The notes beneath the pieces were generated by a model, which was not told the origin of the DNA, did no database searches, and was given only the letters and a program-made list of their open reading frames with translations. The position numbers and the translations under genes are program-made. DNA of 32,030 bases from a virus (taxonomy: Duplodnaviria > Heunggongvirae > Uroviricota > Caudoviricetes). Location: IMG/VR virus record IMGVR_UViG_2778261510_000008, one strand, 5' to 3'. This document shows, piece by piece, positions 1 to 8,412 of this stretch (the stretch's first letter is position 1; each line of letters begins with the position of its first letter).

Positions 1-318
1 ATGAAAAAGATAGCTGCTATATCATTAATTAGTATTTTTATTATGTCTGGTTGTGCTGTGCATAATGATGAGACAAGTATCGGTAAATTTGGTCTTGCAT
101 ATAAAAGTAATATTCAGCGTAAACTCGATAACCAATACTACACCGAAGCCGAAGCTTCTTTAGCCAGGGGTAGAATATCTGGTGCAGAAAATATAGTAAA
201 AAATGATGCAACTCATTTCTGTGTTACTCAGGGCAAAAAAATGCAAATAGTTGAGCTGAAGACAGAAGGTGTAGGATTACATGGTGTCGCTCGTCTGACA
301 TTCAAATGTGGAGAGTGA
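1..318 (+). CDS. yegR: Small host lipoprotein (signal peptide with lipobox MSGC); yegR-like by position next to the cyaR/yegQ locus
   Basis: 105-aa ORF with N-terminal hydrophobic segment and L-x-G-C lipobox; lies outside the prophage left end; identity recalled from synteny, not searched. Confidence 0.5.
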   Translation: MKKIAAISLISIFIMSGCAVHNDETSIGKFGLAYKSNIQRKLDNQYYTEAEASLARGRISGAENIVKNDATHFCVTQGKKMQIVELKTEGVGLHGVARLTFKCGE

Positions 319-477
319 GAATATTTTTTGGTAAGCGTCAAATATGCGCGTTCTGGCTGTGCGTAGCCGGAACCTGTGGGAGCACGATGCCGATAAGTGA
401 AAGGCATCGTGCTATGAAGGAGGATTCTATCGATGTGGTCAATGGAAGACGGTTACCAGAGATAGGGCTTATGCATA

Positions 478-504
478 AAAAAATAAGCCCGTGTAAGGGA
501 GATT
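478..504. repeat. attL core: 27-bp direct repeat aaaaaataagcccgtgtaagggagatt shared with attR
   Basis: Identical 27-mer at 478..504 and 30498..30524 bracketing the phage gene set; matches the recalled P2 att core. Confidence 0.85.
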
Positions 505-583
505 TAGGGTGTCACCAGTAGGGGCTTTCAACGGTACAATGCGGGTTTGAGCGGCATAAATTACCACTGAAAGCCCTTAAACG

Positions 584-1597
584 TTACTCTACTGTGGACA
601 CTATGTGGACACTCTCGGCCTCAGTACCACCTCTTAGCGGATTAAGAGAAATGGCGTCCTGAAGGTACTCTGGCGCAAAATGAGCGTAAACCATAGTTTG
701 CTCAATCCGCGTGTGACCTAGTATCCGTTGTAGCGTGATAATACTTCCTCCATTAATCATGAAATGAGTGGCAAAGCTGTGCCTTAGTGCATGTGTGGCT
801 TGCCCCATTGGCAAATCCGGTTTTATTGCTTTCATTGTTCGTCTGAAGCGAGGGTAATCAGCATCAGGGAATAAAAAACCTCGTTTGTTATCCGCGATCA
901 TTTTGGCAACAGCCTCTGAGATCGGGACGGTGCGTGGTTTGTTTGTTTTCGTTTTAACAAACGTGACGCGGTTATGGATGATATTTTCTGCTTTCAAACG
1001 AGCTGCTTCTCCCCAACGTGCTCCAGTACTCAGGCAAAGAATCGCAATCTTTTTGTTGTCGCCGTCAAGAGCAGCAAGCAGTAAGGCAATTTCTTCCTGC
1101 GTGAGATAGCCTGTGTCTGGTTTTTCCTCCTTAAGCCTTTTTGTCCCTCTGATAGGGTGCTCACCAAAGAATAACTCCGCTTCAATCAGGGCTGTAAACA
1201 TGCCGCTAATACATGTTAAATCACGATTGATACTCGAAGGTTTAATACCCTGACTTCTTCGGGTGGCGCAGTACTGGCTGATAAGCGATTTCGTAATTTG
1301 AAATGCGCATGGGTCATTCGTTATTTTTGTGAAGATTTCAATTTTTCCAAGATTAGATTTCCCATGCTCTTCGTGTTTACCCTTTAAATCCCACCAGATC
1401 TGTGTCAGCTCCGACAGACGTCGCTTGTCTGTTGGTTTTGATAGCCATTCTTTATTGTGGTGGTTGTACAACGTGTATTTCTCGAAAGCGACAGCTTCGC
1501 TTTTCTTATCAAACTTCCTACGGATGCGTTTTCCATTACGTCCAGTAGGGCGGATGTCCACTTCATATCGACCATCATCGAGTTTTTTGATTGCCAT
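584..1597 (-). CDS. int: Tyrosine integrase, P2 Int-like
   Basis: 337-aa ORF next to att core; C-terminal H-x-x-R...Y catalytic region (HALRHSFATH ... TMVYAHF); SD ggaggg upstream of ATG. Confidence 0.9.
   Translation of the reverse strand: MAIKKLDDGRYEVDIRPTGRNGKRIRRKFDKKSEAVAFEKYTLYNHHNKEWLSKPTDKRRLSELTQIWWDLKGKHEEHGKSNLGKIEIFTKITNDPCAFQITKSLISQYCATRRSQGIKPSSINRDLTCISGMFTALIEAELFFGEHPIRGTKRLKEEKPDTGYLTQEEIALLLAALDGDNKKIAILCLSTGARWGEAARLKAENIIHNRVTFVKTKTNKPRTVPISEAVAKMIADNKRGFLFPDADYPRFRRTMKAIKPDLPMGQATHALRHSFATHFMINGGSIITLQRILGHTRIEQTMVYAHFAPEYLQDAISLNPLRGGTEAESVHIVSTVE
593..612. promoter_or_regulatory. Tandem direct repeats TGTGGACAC (593..601 and 604..612), candidate Int arm-type binding sites in the P' arm
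   Basis: Two perfect 9-mers with 11-bp period, inside the 3' end of int and ~90 bp from the att core; related TGTGG(T/A)C pair at 30449..30467 on the other arm. Confidence 0.5.
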
Positions 1598-1712
1598 CAG
1601 AAAACCCTCCGAGTGGTATGTTTTTTTGCGACTACTAATCGCTTTTTTCGTGGTGGCTGAAATTTAGCCACCAATAGTAGGCACTTGTGATGAATATATT
1701 CACGATGAATTG

Positions 1713-2012
1713 TTAACCAGTCTTTTGACCGGAGTGGGGCGACGTTGTTTCGTTTTGCCCAAAGTGTGCGAGAGCGGGCGCAATTTGCCCGGACTCAGGA
1801 GCGATCTGATTGGTCATGAACCATAAAGTGTATTTGGTGAATTGTGGGGTCTGCAGGATGTTCATCATGACATCTGTTGGAGGTGTTGAACGACCACTTT
1901 CATAGTAACTCAGCGTGCCATACGGAACCCCTGTTAAATCAGCAAGTTGTTGTCTGCTCAAATACTCTGATTTTCGCATTAAGACTATCTTCTCGCTTAT
2001 CGTGTTTGACAT
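1713..2012 (-). CDS. C: Immunity repressor, P2 C-like
   Basis: 99-aa ORF with HTH segment (LSRQQLADLTGVPYGTLSYYE), divergent from cox, same size and position as P2 C. Confidence 0.85.
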   Translation of the reverse strand: MSNTISEKIVLMRKSEYLSRQQLADLTGVPYGTLSYYESGRSTPPTDVMMNILQTPQFTKYTLWFMTNQIAPESGQIAPALAHFGQNETTSPHSGQKTG

Positions 2013-2112
2013 GGTGTTTAGATCTCAATAGTATTTAGTTTAGATGTAGATTGTTTAGTGCTTGGATGTGGGCACTAAAAGGCATTATAAGACATTAAAC
2101 GCAATTCATGAG
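2006..2112. promoter_or_regulatory. Lysogeny/lysis switch: candidate Pe (-35 TTGACA 2006..2011, -10 TAGTAT 2029..2034, + strand), operator direct repeats GTTTAGAT (2016..2023, 2038..2045; third GTTTAG at 2053), candidate Pc -10 TATAAT on - strand (2084..2089)
   Basis: Hexamers with 17-bp spacing; operator half-sites as direct repeats flanking the Pe -10, the arrangement known for P2 C repressor; face-to-face promoters give overlapping transcripts. Confidence 0.6.
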
Positions 2113-2126
2113 GGCTAGAGGACGAC

Positions 2127-2402
2127 ATGAGCAAGCAAGTAACACTCATGACTGATGCGATTCCTTATCAGGAGTTCGCAAAACTAATAGGAAAATCGAC
2201 AGGAGCGGTTCGTCGGATGATTGATAAAGGAAAGCTGCCTGTAATTGATATGACCGATCCACAATCAGCTTCAGGTCGTGCAGGTGAATATTGGGTATAC
2301 CTTCCGGCATGGAATAACGGACTAAAACTGGCTTATGAAAGCCGCCCTAAAGAGATTCGTGACGGCTGGTTGATGTGGTTAGGTCTCGGTGAACCACGTT
2401 AA
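2127..2402 (+). CDS. cox: Cox-like excisionase / Pc repressor
   Basis: 91-aa ORF, first gene of the early operon, divergent from C; size and position as P2 Cox. Confidence 0.8.
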   Translation: MSKQVTLMTDAIPYQEFAKLIGKSTGAVRRMIDKGKLPVIDMTDPQSASGRAGEYWVYLPAWNNGLKLAYESRPKEIRDGWLMWLGLGEPR

Positions 2403-2412
2403 GGAGAACCGT

Positions 2413-2583
2413 ATGAATGAGCCTCGTTGTATTGCTCAGTTACTGCGTAACGAAAGCCCCAGGGCGATTGACTTCACCATCACCCACGGTAAGGGGCGTA
2501 AGGGAATCATTATCCGCACCAAAAAACAGAGTCCGTTAAAAAAGGCTCTGACCTTTCTGAAAAGCCGGAGGGTATGGAAATGA
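2413..2583 (+). CDS. Small early-operon hypothetical protein (P2 orf78 position)
   Basis: ORF 2389..2583; ATG at 2413 preceded by AAGGAG at good spacing; basic small protein. Confidence 0.45.
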   Translation: MNEPRCIAQLLRNESPRAIDFTITHGKGRKGIIIRTKKQSPLKKALTFLKSRRVWK

Positions 2584-3080
2584 CAGTGATGACGCTCAAT
2601 CTCGTTGAAAAACAGCCAGCAGCTATGCGCCGGATAATTGGTAAGCATCTTGCCGTTCCTCGCTGGCAGGATACATGTGATTATTATAATCAGATGATGG
2701 AGCGCGAACGGTTAACGGTTTGCTTTCATGCGCAGTTAAAACAGCGTCACGCAACGATGCGTTTTGAAGAAATGAACGACATCGAACGTGAACGGCTGGT
2801 TTGTGCAATTGATGAATTGCGTGGGGCATTCTCAAAACGCCGTCAGGTTGGCGCAAGTGAGTATGCATATATTAGTTTTTTAACAGTCAGTCAGCGTCGT
2901 ACTTTATTTATGCATGCCGGATTGACTGAAAAAGAATTCAACCAGCCATACTGGCGAATTAATGAAGAATCATGTTACTGGCGTGATGCTTTATTCCGTG
3001 CATTACGTGAATTATTCAGTCTGTTTGAGTATGCACCGACAATTCTGACGTCGGTAAAACCAGAGCAATATCTGCATTAA
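2580..3080 (+). CDS. B: Replication protein B-like (helicase-loader role in P2)
   Basis: 166-aa ORF between cox and A; size, position and recalled N-terminus MTVMTLNLVEKQ as P2 B. Confidence 0.75.
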   Translation: MTVMTLNLVEKQPAAMRRIIGKHLAVPRWQDTCDYYNQMMERERLTVCFHAQLKQRHATMRFEEMNDIERERLVCAIDELRGAFSKRRQVGASEYAYISFLTVSQRRTLFMHAGLTEKEFNQPYWRINEESCYWRDALFRALRELFSLFEYAPTILTSVKPEQYLH

Positions 3081-3143
3081 GTAATTAACCAGAGTTTTTA
3101 ACGCACTTAATTGTGCGGGGCTTCTTTTTGCCTGGAGAAAGTC

Positions 3144-3368
3144 ATGCATACAGTTTCTGAAAATCAGTGCGGTAAATACGCATTACTGCTGCAACAGGCC
3201 AGAACCGAAGCACAGGCCGACGCAGCGACGCGCTTTTCTTCTCATCTTGACGCCATGATTCGCCACATCACAAAGGCGGAGTTATCCCGCGTGGAGATAG
3301 TCGAGCTGCTCAGTCAGGAGTCGGAAAAATTTCACAATATCGGATTGTCTCGCGGGGAGGTGCTTTGA
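3144..3368 (+). CDS. Small early hypothetical protein (P2 orf80 position); start ambiguous (3111 or 3144)
   Basis: ORF 3111..3368; ATG at 3144 has GGAG upstream. Confidence 0.45.
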   Translation: MHTVSENQCGKYALLLQQARTEAQADAATRFSSHLDAMIRHITKAELSRVEIVELLSQESEKFHNIGLSRGEVL

Positions 3369-3670
3369 TGTCCTGTTCTCGTTCAGTTGTATTACTGAAT
3401 AACGCCTTAAAAATCGCCGTTATGAAAAATGGCGATTTATCTCTTATTCAACTTGGTCTTGATAAAGAAAAACGCGAAATAACTGAGTCTGTTATCGCGA
3501 TTTATCAGAACGAATTAAATCTCCTGTCTGATGTGGTCAATTTACTTGTTAAACGCGCTGTATTTCACAAGCAAATCTCCTCCGTGGACGAACTGACGAA
3601 ATTAACGACAGAAATTGCCAGCTATTGCGCTGATGAATTTAAAAAACTTAACGACAAAAGGAGCTGGTAA
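3368..3670 (+). CDS. Small early hypothetical protein (P2 orf81 position)
   Basis: ORF overlapping neighbours by a few nt (coupled early operon); ATG at 3368 after ggggagg. Confidence 0.5.
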   Translation: MSCSRSVVLLNNALKIAVMKNGDLSLIQLGLDKEKREITESVIAIYQNELNLLSDVVNLLVKRAVFHKQISSVDELTKLTTEIASYCADEFKKLNDKRSW

Positions 3671-3894
3671 TGCCGGACAACGTAGATTTTATTCAGGAAC
3701 AACAGGCTGAATTACTGGAGCGCCAGATTAACGCGGCAAGGGTAAAGCATTGCGGTGTTTCTGCGCTGGTTTGCGAAGAGTGTGACGCGCCAATACCTGC
3801 TGCCCGTCGTGCGGCTTATCCGTCAGCCACGCGTTGTGTTTCCTGCCAGTCAGTCTTTGAAGCAAAAAACAAACATTACCGGAGAACGGCATGA
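3670..3894 (+). CDS. DksA/TraR-family C4 zinc-finger protein (P2 orf82 position)
   Basis: 74 aa with C-x-x-C ... C-x-x-C (CEECDAP ... CVSCQ) at the C-terminus, typical of TraR/DksA zinc fingers. Confidence 0.6.
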   Translation: MPDNVDFIQEQQAELLERQINAARVKHCGVSALVCEECDAPIPAARRAAYPSATRCVSCQSVFEAKNKHYRRTA

Positions 3895-4166
3895 GTATTC
3901 GTATTGAAATTGGCGAACGTTATGTCGTTACCAGTGACAGCTTTCAGTTTATTCTCCACGAGAAAAAGAGAGCGGAAAGCGGTAAAAACGCCGGTCAGGA
4001 ATGGCTGGCGGTGGTTGGTTATTACCCGAAATTAAGCCAGCTCGTTTCCGGCCTGATGCATCACGATATTCTGACCGGAAGCGCAAAGTCTTTTGCTGAT
4101 TTAAACGCGCAGGTTGAGCAACTCAGCAAGCGTTGTTCAGAGGCTTTTGGCTCATATGGCCGTTAA
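3891..4166 (+). CDS. Small early hypothetical protein (P2 orf83 position)
   Basis: 91-aa ORF immediately upstream of and overlapping A. Confidence 0.5.
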   Translation: MSIRIEIGERYVVTSDSFQFILHEKKRAESGKNAGQEWLAVVGYYPKLSQLVSGLMHHDILTGSAKSFADLNAQVEQLSKRCSEAFGSYGR

Positions 4167-6420
4167 AGCCTCCGGGCGTTTTGTCCCTCCGTCAGCATTT
4201 GCCGCAGGCACCGGTAAGACGTTTACCGGTGCTTATGCATGGAACGCGCCACGCGAGGCTGTCGGGCGCGAAAGACCCCTTACACGTGACGAGATGCGTC
4301 AGGTGCAAGGTGTTTTATCCACGATTAATCGCCTGCCTTACTTTTTGCGCTCGCTGTTTACTTCACGCTATGACTACATCCGGCGCAATAAAAGCCCGGT
4401 GCACGGGTTTTATTTCCTCACATCCACTTTTCAGCGTCGTTTATGGCCGCGCATTGAGCGCGTTAATCAGCGCCATGAAATGAACACCGACGCGTCGTTG
4501 CTGTTTCTGGCAGAGCGTGACCACTATGCGCGCCTGCCTGGAATGAATGACAAGGAGCTGAAAAAGTTTGCCGCCCGTATCTCATCGCAGCTTTTCATAA
4601 TGTATGAGGAACTCTGCGATGCCTGGGTGGATGCGCATGGCGAGAAAGAATCGCTGTTTACGGATGAGGCGCAGGCTCACCTGTATGGTCATGTTGCTGG
4701 CGCTGCACGTGCTTTCAATATTTCCCCGCTCTACTGGAAAAAATACCGTAAAGGGCAGATGACCACGAGGCAGGCATATTCTGCCATTGCCCGTCTGTTT
4801 AACGATGAATGGTGGACTCATCAGCTTAAAGGCCAGCGTATGCGCTGGCATGAGGCGTTACTGATTGCTGTCGGGGAGGTCAATAAAGACCGTTCTCCTT
4901 ATGCCAGTAAACATGCCATTCGTGATGTGCGTGCGCGCCGCCAGGCAAATCTGGAATTTCTTAAATCGTGTGACCTTGAAAACAGGGAAACCGGCGAGCG
5001 CATCGACCTTATCAGTAAGGTGATGGGCAGTATTTCTAATCCAGAAATTCGCCGGATGGAGCTGATGAACACCATCGCCGGTATTGAGCGTTACGCTGCC
5101 GCAGAGGGTGATGTGGGGATGTTTATCACGCTGACCGCGCCGTCAAAGTATCACCCAACACGTCAGGTCAGAAAAGGCGAAAGCAAAACCGTCCAGCTAA
5201 ATCACGGCTGGAATGATGAGGCATTTAATCCAAAGGATGCGCAGCGTTATCTCTGCCGTATCTGGAGCCTGATGCGCACGGCATTCAAGGATAATGATTT
5301 ACAGGCCTACGGTTTGCGTGTTGTTGAACCACACCACGACGGAACGCCGCACTGGCATATGATGCTTTTTTGTAATCCACGCCAGCGTAACCAGATTATT
5401 GAAATCATGCGTCGCTATGCGCTCAAAGAGGATGGCGACGAAAGAGGAGCCGCGAGAAACCGTTTTCAGGCAAAACACCTTAACCGGGGCGGTGCTGCGG
5501 GATATATCGCGAAATACATCTCAAAAAACATCGACGGCTATGCACTGGATGGTCAGCTCGATAATGATACCGGTAGGCCGCTGAAAGACACAGCTGCGGC
5601 TGTTACCGCATGGGCGTCAACGTGGCGCATTCCGCAATTTAAAACGGTTGGTCTGCCGACAATGGGGGCTTACCGTGAACTACGCAAATTGCCTCGTGGC
5701 GTCAGCATTGCTGATGAGTTTGACGAGCGCGTCGAGGCTGCACGCGCCGCTGCAGACAGTGGTGATTTTGCGTTGTATATCAGCGCGCAGGGCGGGGCAA
5801 ATGTCCCGCGCGATTGTCAGACTGTCAGGGTCGCCCGTAGCCCGTCGGATGACGTTAACGAGTACGAGGAAGAAGTCGAGAGAGTGGTCGGCATTTACGC
5901 GCCGCATCTCGGCGCGCGTCATATTCATATCACCAGAACGACGGACTGGCGCATTGTTCCGAAAGTGCCGGTCGTTGAGCCTTTGACTTTAAAAAGCGGC
6001 ATCGCCGCGCCTCGGAGTCCTGTCAATAACTGTGGAAAGCTCACCGGTGGTGATCCTTCGTTACCGGCTCCCACACCTTCTGAGCACGCCGCAGCAGTGC
6101 TAAATCTGGTTGATGACGGTGTTATCGAATGGAATGACCCGGAGGTCGTGAGGACGCTCAGGGGCGCATTAAAACACGGGCTGAGAACGCCAAGTCATCA
6201 GCAAAGAAACGGAAGCCCATTAAAACCGCATGAAATAGCGCCATCGGCCAGACTGACCCGGTCGGAACGAATGCAAATTACCCGTATCCGCGTTGACCTT
6301 GCTCAGAACGGTATCAGGCCTCAGCGATGGGAGCTTGAGGCGCTGGCGCGTGGCGCGACCGTAAATTACGACGGGAAAAAATTTAGGTATTTTATAGTTA
6401 ATGAGTGGCCTATTTTCTAG
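4156..6420 (+). CDS. A: Replication initiation protein A (rolling-circle nickase), P2 gpA-like
   Basis: ~754-aa ORF; ATG at 4156 (MAVKASGRF...) inside the longer TTG-initiated ORF 4114..6420; size and position as P2 A. Confidence 0.9.
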   Translation: MAVKASGRFVPPSAFAAGTGKTFTGAYAWNAPREAVGRERPLTRDEMRQVQGVLSTINRLPYFLRSLFTSRYDYIRRNKSPVHGFYFLTSTFQRRLWPRIERVNQRHEMNTDASLLFLAERDHYARLPGMNDKELKKFAARISSQLFIMYEELCDAWVDAHGEKESLFTDEAQAHLYGHVAGAARAFNISPLYWKKYRKGQMTTRQAYSAIARLFNDEWWTHQLKGQRMRWHEALLIAVGEVNKDRSPYASKHAIRDVRARRQANLEFLKSCDLENRETGERIDLISKVMGSISNPEIRRMELMNTIAGIERYAAAEGDVGMFITLTAPSKYHPTRQVRKGESKTVQLNHGWNDEAFNPKDAQRYLCRIWSLMRTAFKDNDLQAYGLRVVEPHHDGTPHWHMMLFCNPRQRNQIIEIMRRYALKEDGDERGAARNRFQAKHLNRGGAAGYIAKYISKNIDGYALDGQLDNDTGRPLKDTAAAVTAWASTWRIPQFKTVGLPTMGAYRELRKLPRGVSIADEFDERVEAARAAADSGDFALYISAQGGANVPRDCQTVRVARSPSDDVNEYEEEVERVVGIYAPHLGARHIHITRTTDWRIVPKVPVVEPLTLKSGIAAPRSPVNNCGKLTGGDPSLPAPTPSEHAAAVLNLVDDGVIEWNDPEVVRTLRGALKHGLRTPSHQQRNGSPLKPHEIAPSARLTRSERMQITRIRVDLAQNGIRPQRWELEALARGATVNYDGKKFRYFIVNEWPIF

Positions 6421-6464
6421 GCTACCATTAATGTCGGGTTTAGATAATGCAATAATTTATTGGC

Positions 6465-6500
6465 AAGGTCTTCAGATTTAACTAAAGACCTTGTGTTTTA
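6465..6500. terminator. Candidate bidirectional hairpin between convergent genes A and the island gene
   Basis: 8-bp inverted repeat aaggtctt / aagacctt (6465..6472, 6485..6492) followed by T-rich gtgttttaattgtttt. Confidence 0.4.
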
Positions 6501-6540
6501 ATTGTTTTCTAGTCTTTTATATGAGCGTAAGTCTATGGGG

Positions 6541-8412
6541 TTACTGTGGTGGAGTCCATATTTTTAATGCGATATTTTTATATGTTTCCCCGCGTGCTGT
6601 AATAGCATTGGCGTTGAATTCAACATATTCTTCAAGATTGATATCGTTATTTGCAGATAAGAATCTTACCAGCTCAGGGTTGTTTTGATAAAAGTTTGCG
6701 CATAATGTCTGGCAAAGAACGTTTTCACCGCTATATACTGTTTTCTTTTCTGAGTACAACTTATCATTTAATGATCTGTTTCTTGAACGGGGAAGCAATA
6801 TCAAACCACCAATCAAGTTTCTCTTCTGCTTGTATTCAGTGTCAGATGAAAAACCGAAGGCTGATGAAGGCATGGTTGTATCATCAATTACTTCGCGAAG
6901 AACATGTTCTATATCAAAAGTTTTCATACCTTTGTCGCGTTGCATATAAACATCAAACCCTACTTTGTTTGTTAGGTTTATCTCGTTTTCAATGTAAGAG
7001 GCGATACGAGCCAGAATATAAAGCATATCTGATCTGGTTTTATTCTCGTACGCCATTTCTGGTATTCTATTAAGTAATGTATAATGCTTGTCCCATTCGT
7101 TTTGGACATAGCTTAACAATGCTGGATAATCTTTCCCTCTAACATCTTTAGCTAAGCTGAATGCAATATCTTTTAAATTGTCATAAGTGTTTGCTTTCTT
7201 CGATACGATTCGACTGGTGAGAATTAGATCAATATACTTAGATATTATTTGGATTTTTTTCTTACGAACATCACGGGTATCTGATAAATCTACAGAAGAT
7301 AGAATTATCATGGTTTGAAAGTTGAATTTTCTAATTCCATTATAGAAAACGTCAGGGTAATCAGTAGTCAGATTTTTCTCAGCATTGGCAATTGTCAAGC
7401 ATAAATTTGCATACTCGGGTATATCTGTTTTTGCAAAGTTATAAAAATCATCGGAAGTAATCAGACCGATATCATGGGTTTTATCTTCAAACCACCGATG
7501 ATAAGAATCATTGATTTTATCAAAATCACCAGGTGCATCGCCTTTATTTTTACCTCTAATAGTGTTTGCCCATTTAGCGCGTAATAAATTCCTGATAAAT
7601 AGAGAATCTCCCTCTGGATCTTTGTCTCTAAGTTTAGACATGGTTTTTACCCATACCTGATGGCATTCTTGACTATCTTCGGGGCTAGTGATTTTTGACA
7701 GAATAAAACCTTTTAATAGTTCAATTGCACCGAGTCTCAAGCCACGGTCATTCATTGTGACAAATACTCTATGCGCTTCTGACTCGCTTGAGACGGATAT
7801 ATCTATTAAAAGAACTTTTTCCATTAAATAATCAATAAAGAAAGAAACTTTTTCTTTTATTGTTGGATCCAAAGCATCCTCAATGGATTTTATTGCCTCA
7901 ATTATTCTTTTATCGCTATCACTAAGATTAGTAATGCTATCTACATCATCTAGTGCGTCTGCAAGACATTTTGCGTTGTCAGTATATTTTGTGAATATTT
8001 CTTTTCTAACTTCGGAAAATTCAATATTGAAATCGCGTTCCCCATAAGAAACACTCCCAATAAAATTTTCTAAAGCCAAAGTGTCTGGAATGTGGTTATC
8101 CTTGATATATCTTTCAAAAAAAACAAGAAGAATAAATATAGACGTGATTCGTTGTTGTCCATCAATCAACGGGCGCTTACCGTTGGTTTCAACCGCCGTA
8201 ATGATAGAACCAAGAAAGTATGGAGGATAAGATGATACATCGCGTCTACCATGAGTAGACTCATAACTCAGTAAGAAAGCATTTTGAATGTCATTTAACA
8301 TTTCAAGAAAATGCCTGCTTTCCCATTTATAATCCCTCTGAAAATATGGTAGTGAGTACTTGCTTTGAAAGCAGGTTTTTAAACTTAGAGTCGATGGGGT
8401 TATATACGCCAT
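6541..8412 (-). CDS. DUF262 (ParB-like, DGQQR motif) + DUF1524-like (His-Me finger) protein; candidate GmrSD-like type IV restriction / anti-phage defence protein in the P2 tin/old hotspot
   Basis: Long ORF 6541..8466; N-terminal motifs YFQRDYKW and LIDGQQRITS; C-terminal FDIEHVL ... NLIGGLILLPRSRNRSLNDK; AT-rich codon usage unlike the phage backbone; ATG at 8412 has AAGGA SD, ATG at 8466 has none. Confidence 0.6.
   Translation of the reverse strand: MAYITPSTLSLKTCFQSKYSLPYFQRDYKWESRHFLEMLNDIQNAFLLSYESTHGRRDVSSYPPYFLGSIITAVETNGKRPLIDGQQRITSIFILLVFFERYIKDNHIPDTLALENFIGSVSYGERDFNIEFSEVRKEIFTKYTDNAKCLADALDDVDSITNLSDSDKRIIEAIKSIEDALDPTIKEKVSFFIDYLMEKVLLIDISVSSESEAHRVFVTMNDRGLRLGAIELLKGFILSKITSPEDSQECHQVWVKTMSKLRDKDPEGDSLFIRNLLRAKWANTIRGKNKGDAPGDFDKINDSYHRWFEDKTHDIGLITSDDFYNFAKTDIPEYANLCLTIANAEKNLTTDYPDVFYNGIRKFNFQTMIILSSVDLSDTRDVRKKKIQIISKYIDLILTSRIVSKKANTYDNLKDIAFSLAKDVRGKDYPALLSYVQNEWDKHYTLLNRIPEMAYENKTRSDMLYILARIASYIENEINLTNKVGFDVYMQRDKGMKTFDIEHVLREVIDDTTMPSSAFGFSSDTEYKQKRNLIGGLILLPRSRNRSLNDKLYSEKKTVYSGENVLCQTLCANFYQNNPELVRFLSANNDINLEEYVEFNANAITARGETYKNIALKIWTPPQ

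Noticed and set aside
306-521. 71-aa ORF spanning the attL core
   Set aside because: Crosses the host/phage junction and the att core; the only strong SD (AAGGAGG near 425) precedes a 10-codon frame. Treated as non-coding junction sequence.
2389-2412. Longer N-terminus for the first small ORF after cox
   Set aside because: The ATG at 2413 has a near-consensus AAGGAG at correct spacing, while 2389 overlaps the end of cox; the shorter form is preferred but not certain.
3081-3143. Short GCAC/GTGC inverted repeat followed by a T-run between B and the next ORF
   Set aside because: The stem is only 4 bp; too weak to call a terminator or attenuator.
4114-4155. Upstream extension of the A ORF from a TTG codon
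   Set aside because: Overlaps the end of the preceding ORF in another frame; the ATG at 4156 gives the N-terminus recalled for P2 A (MAVKASG...), so the extension is probably not translated.
6491-7073. Short + strand ORFs (65 and 140 aa) antisense to the island gene
   Set aside because: Fully nested antisense within a long ORF that has recognisable domain motifs; AT-rich sequence produces such frames by chance.
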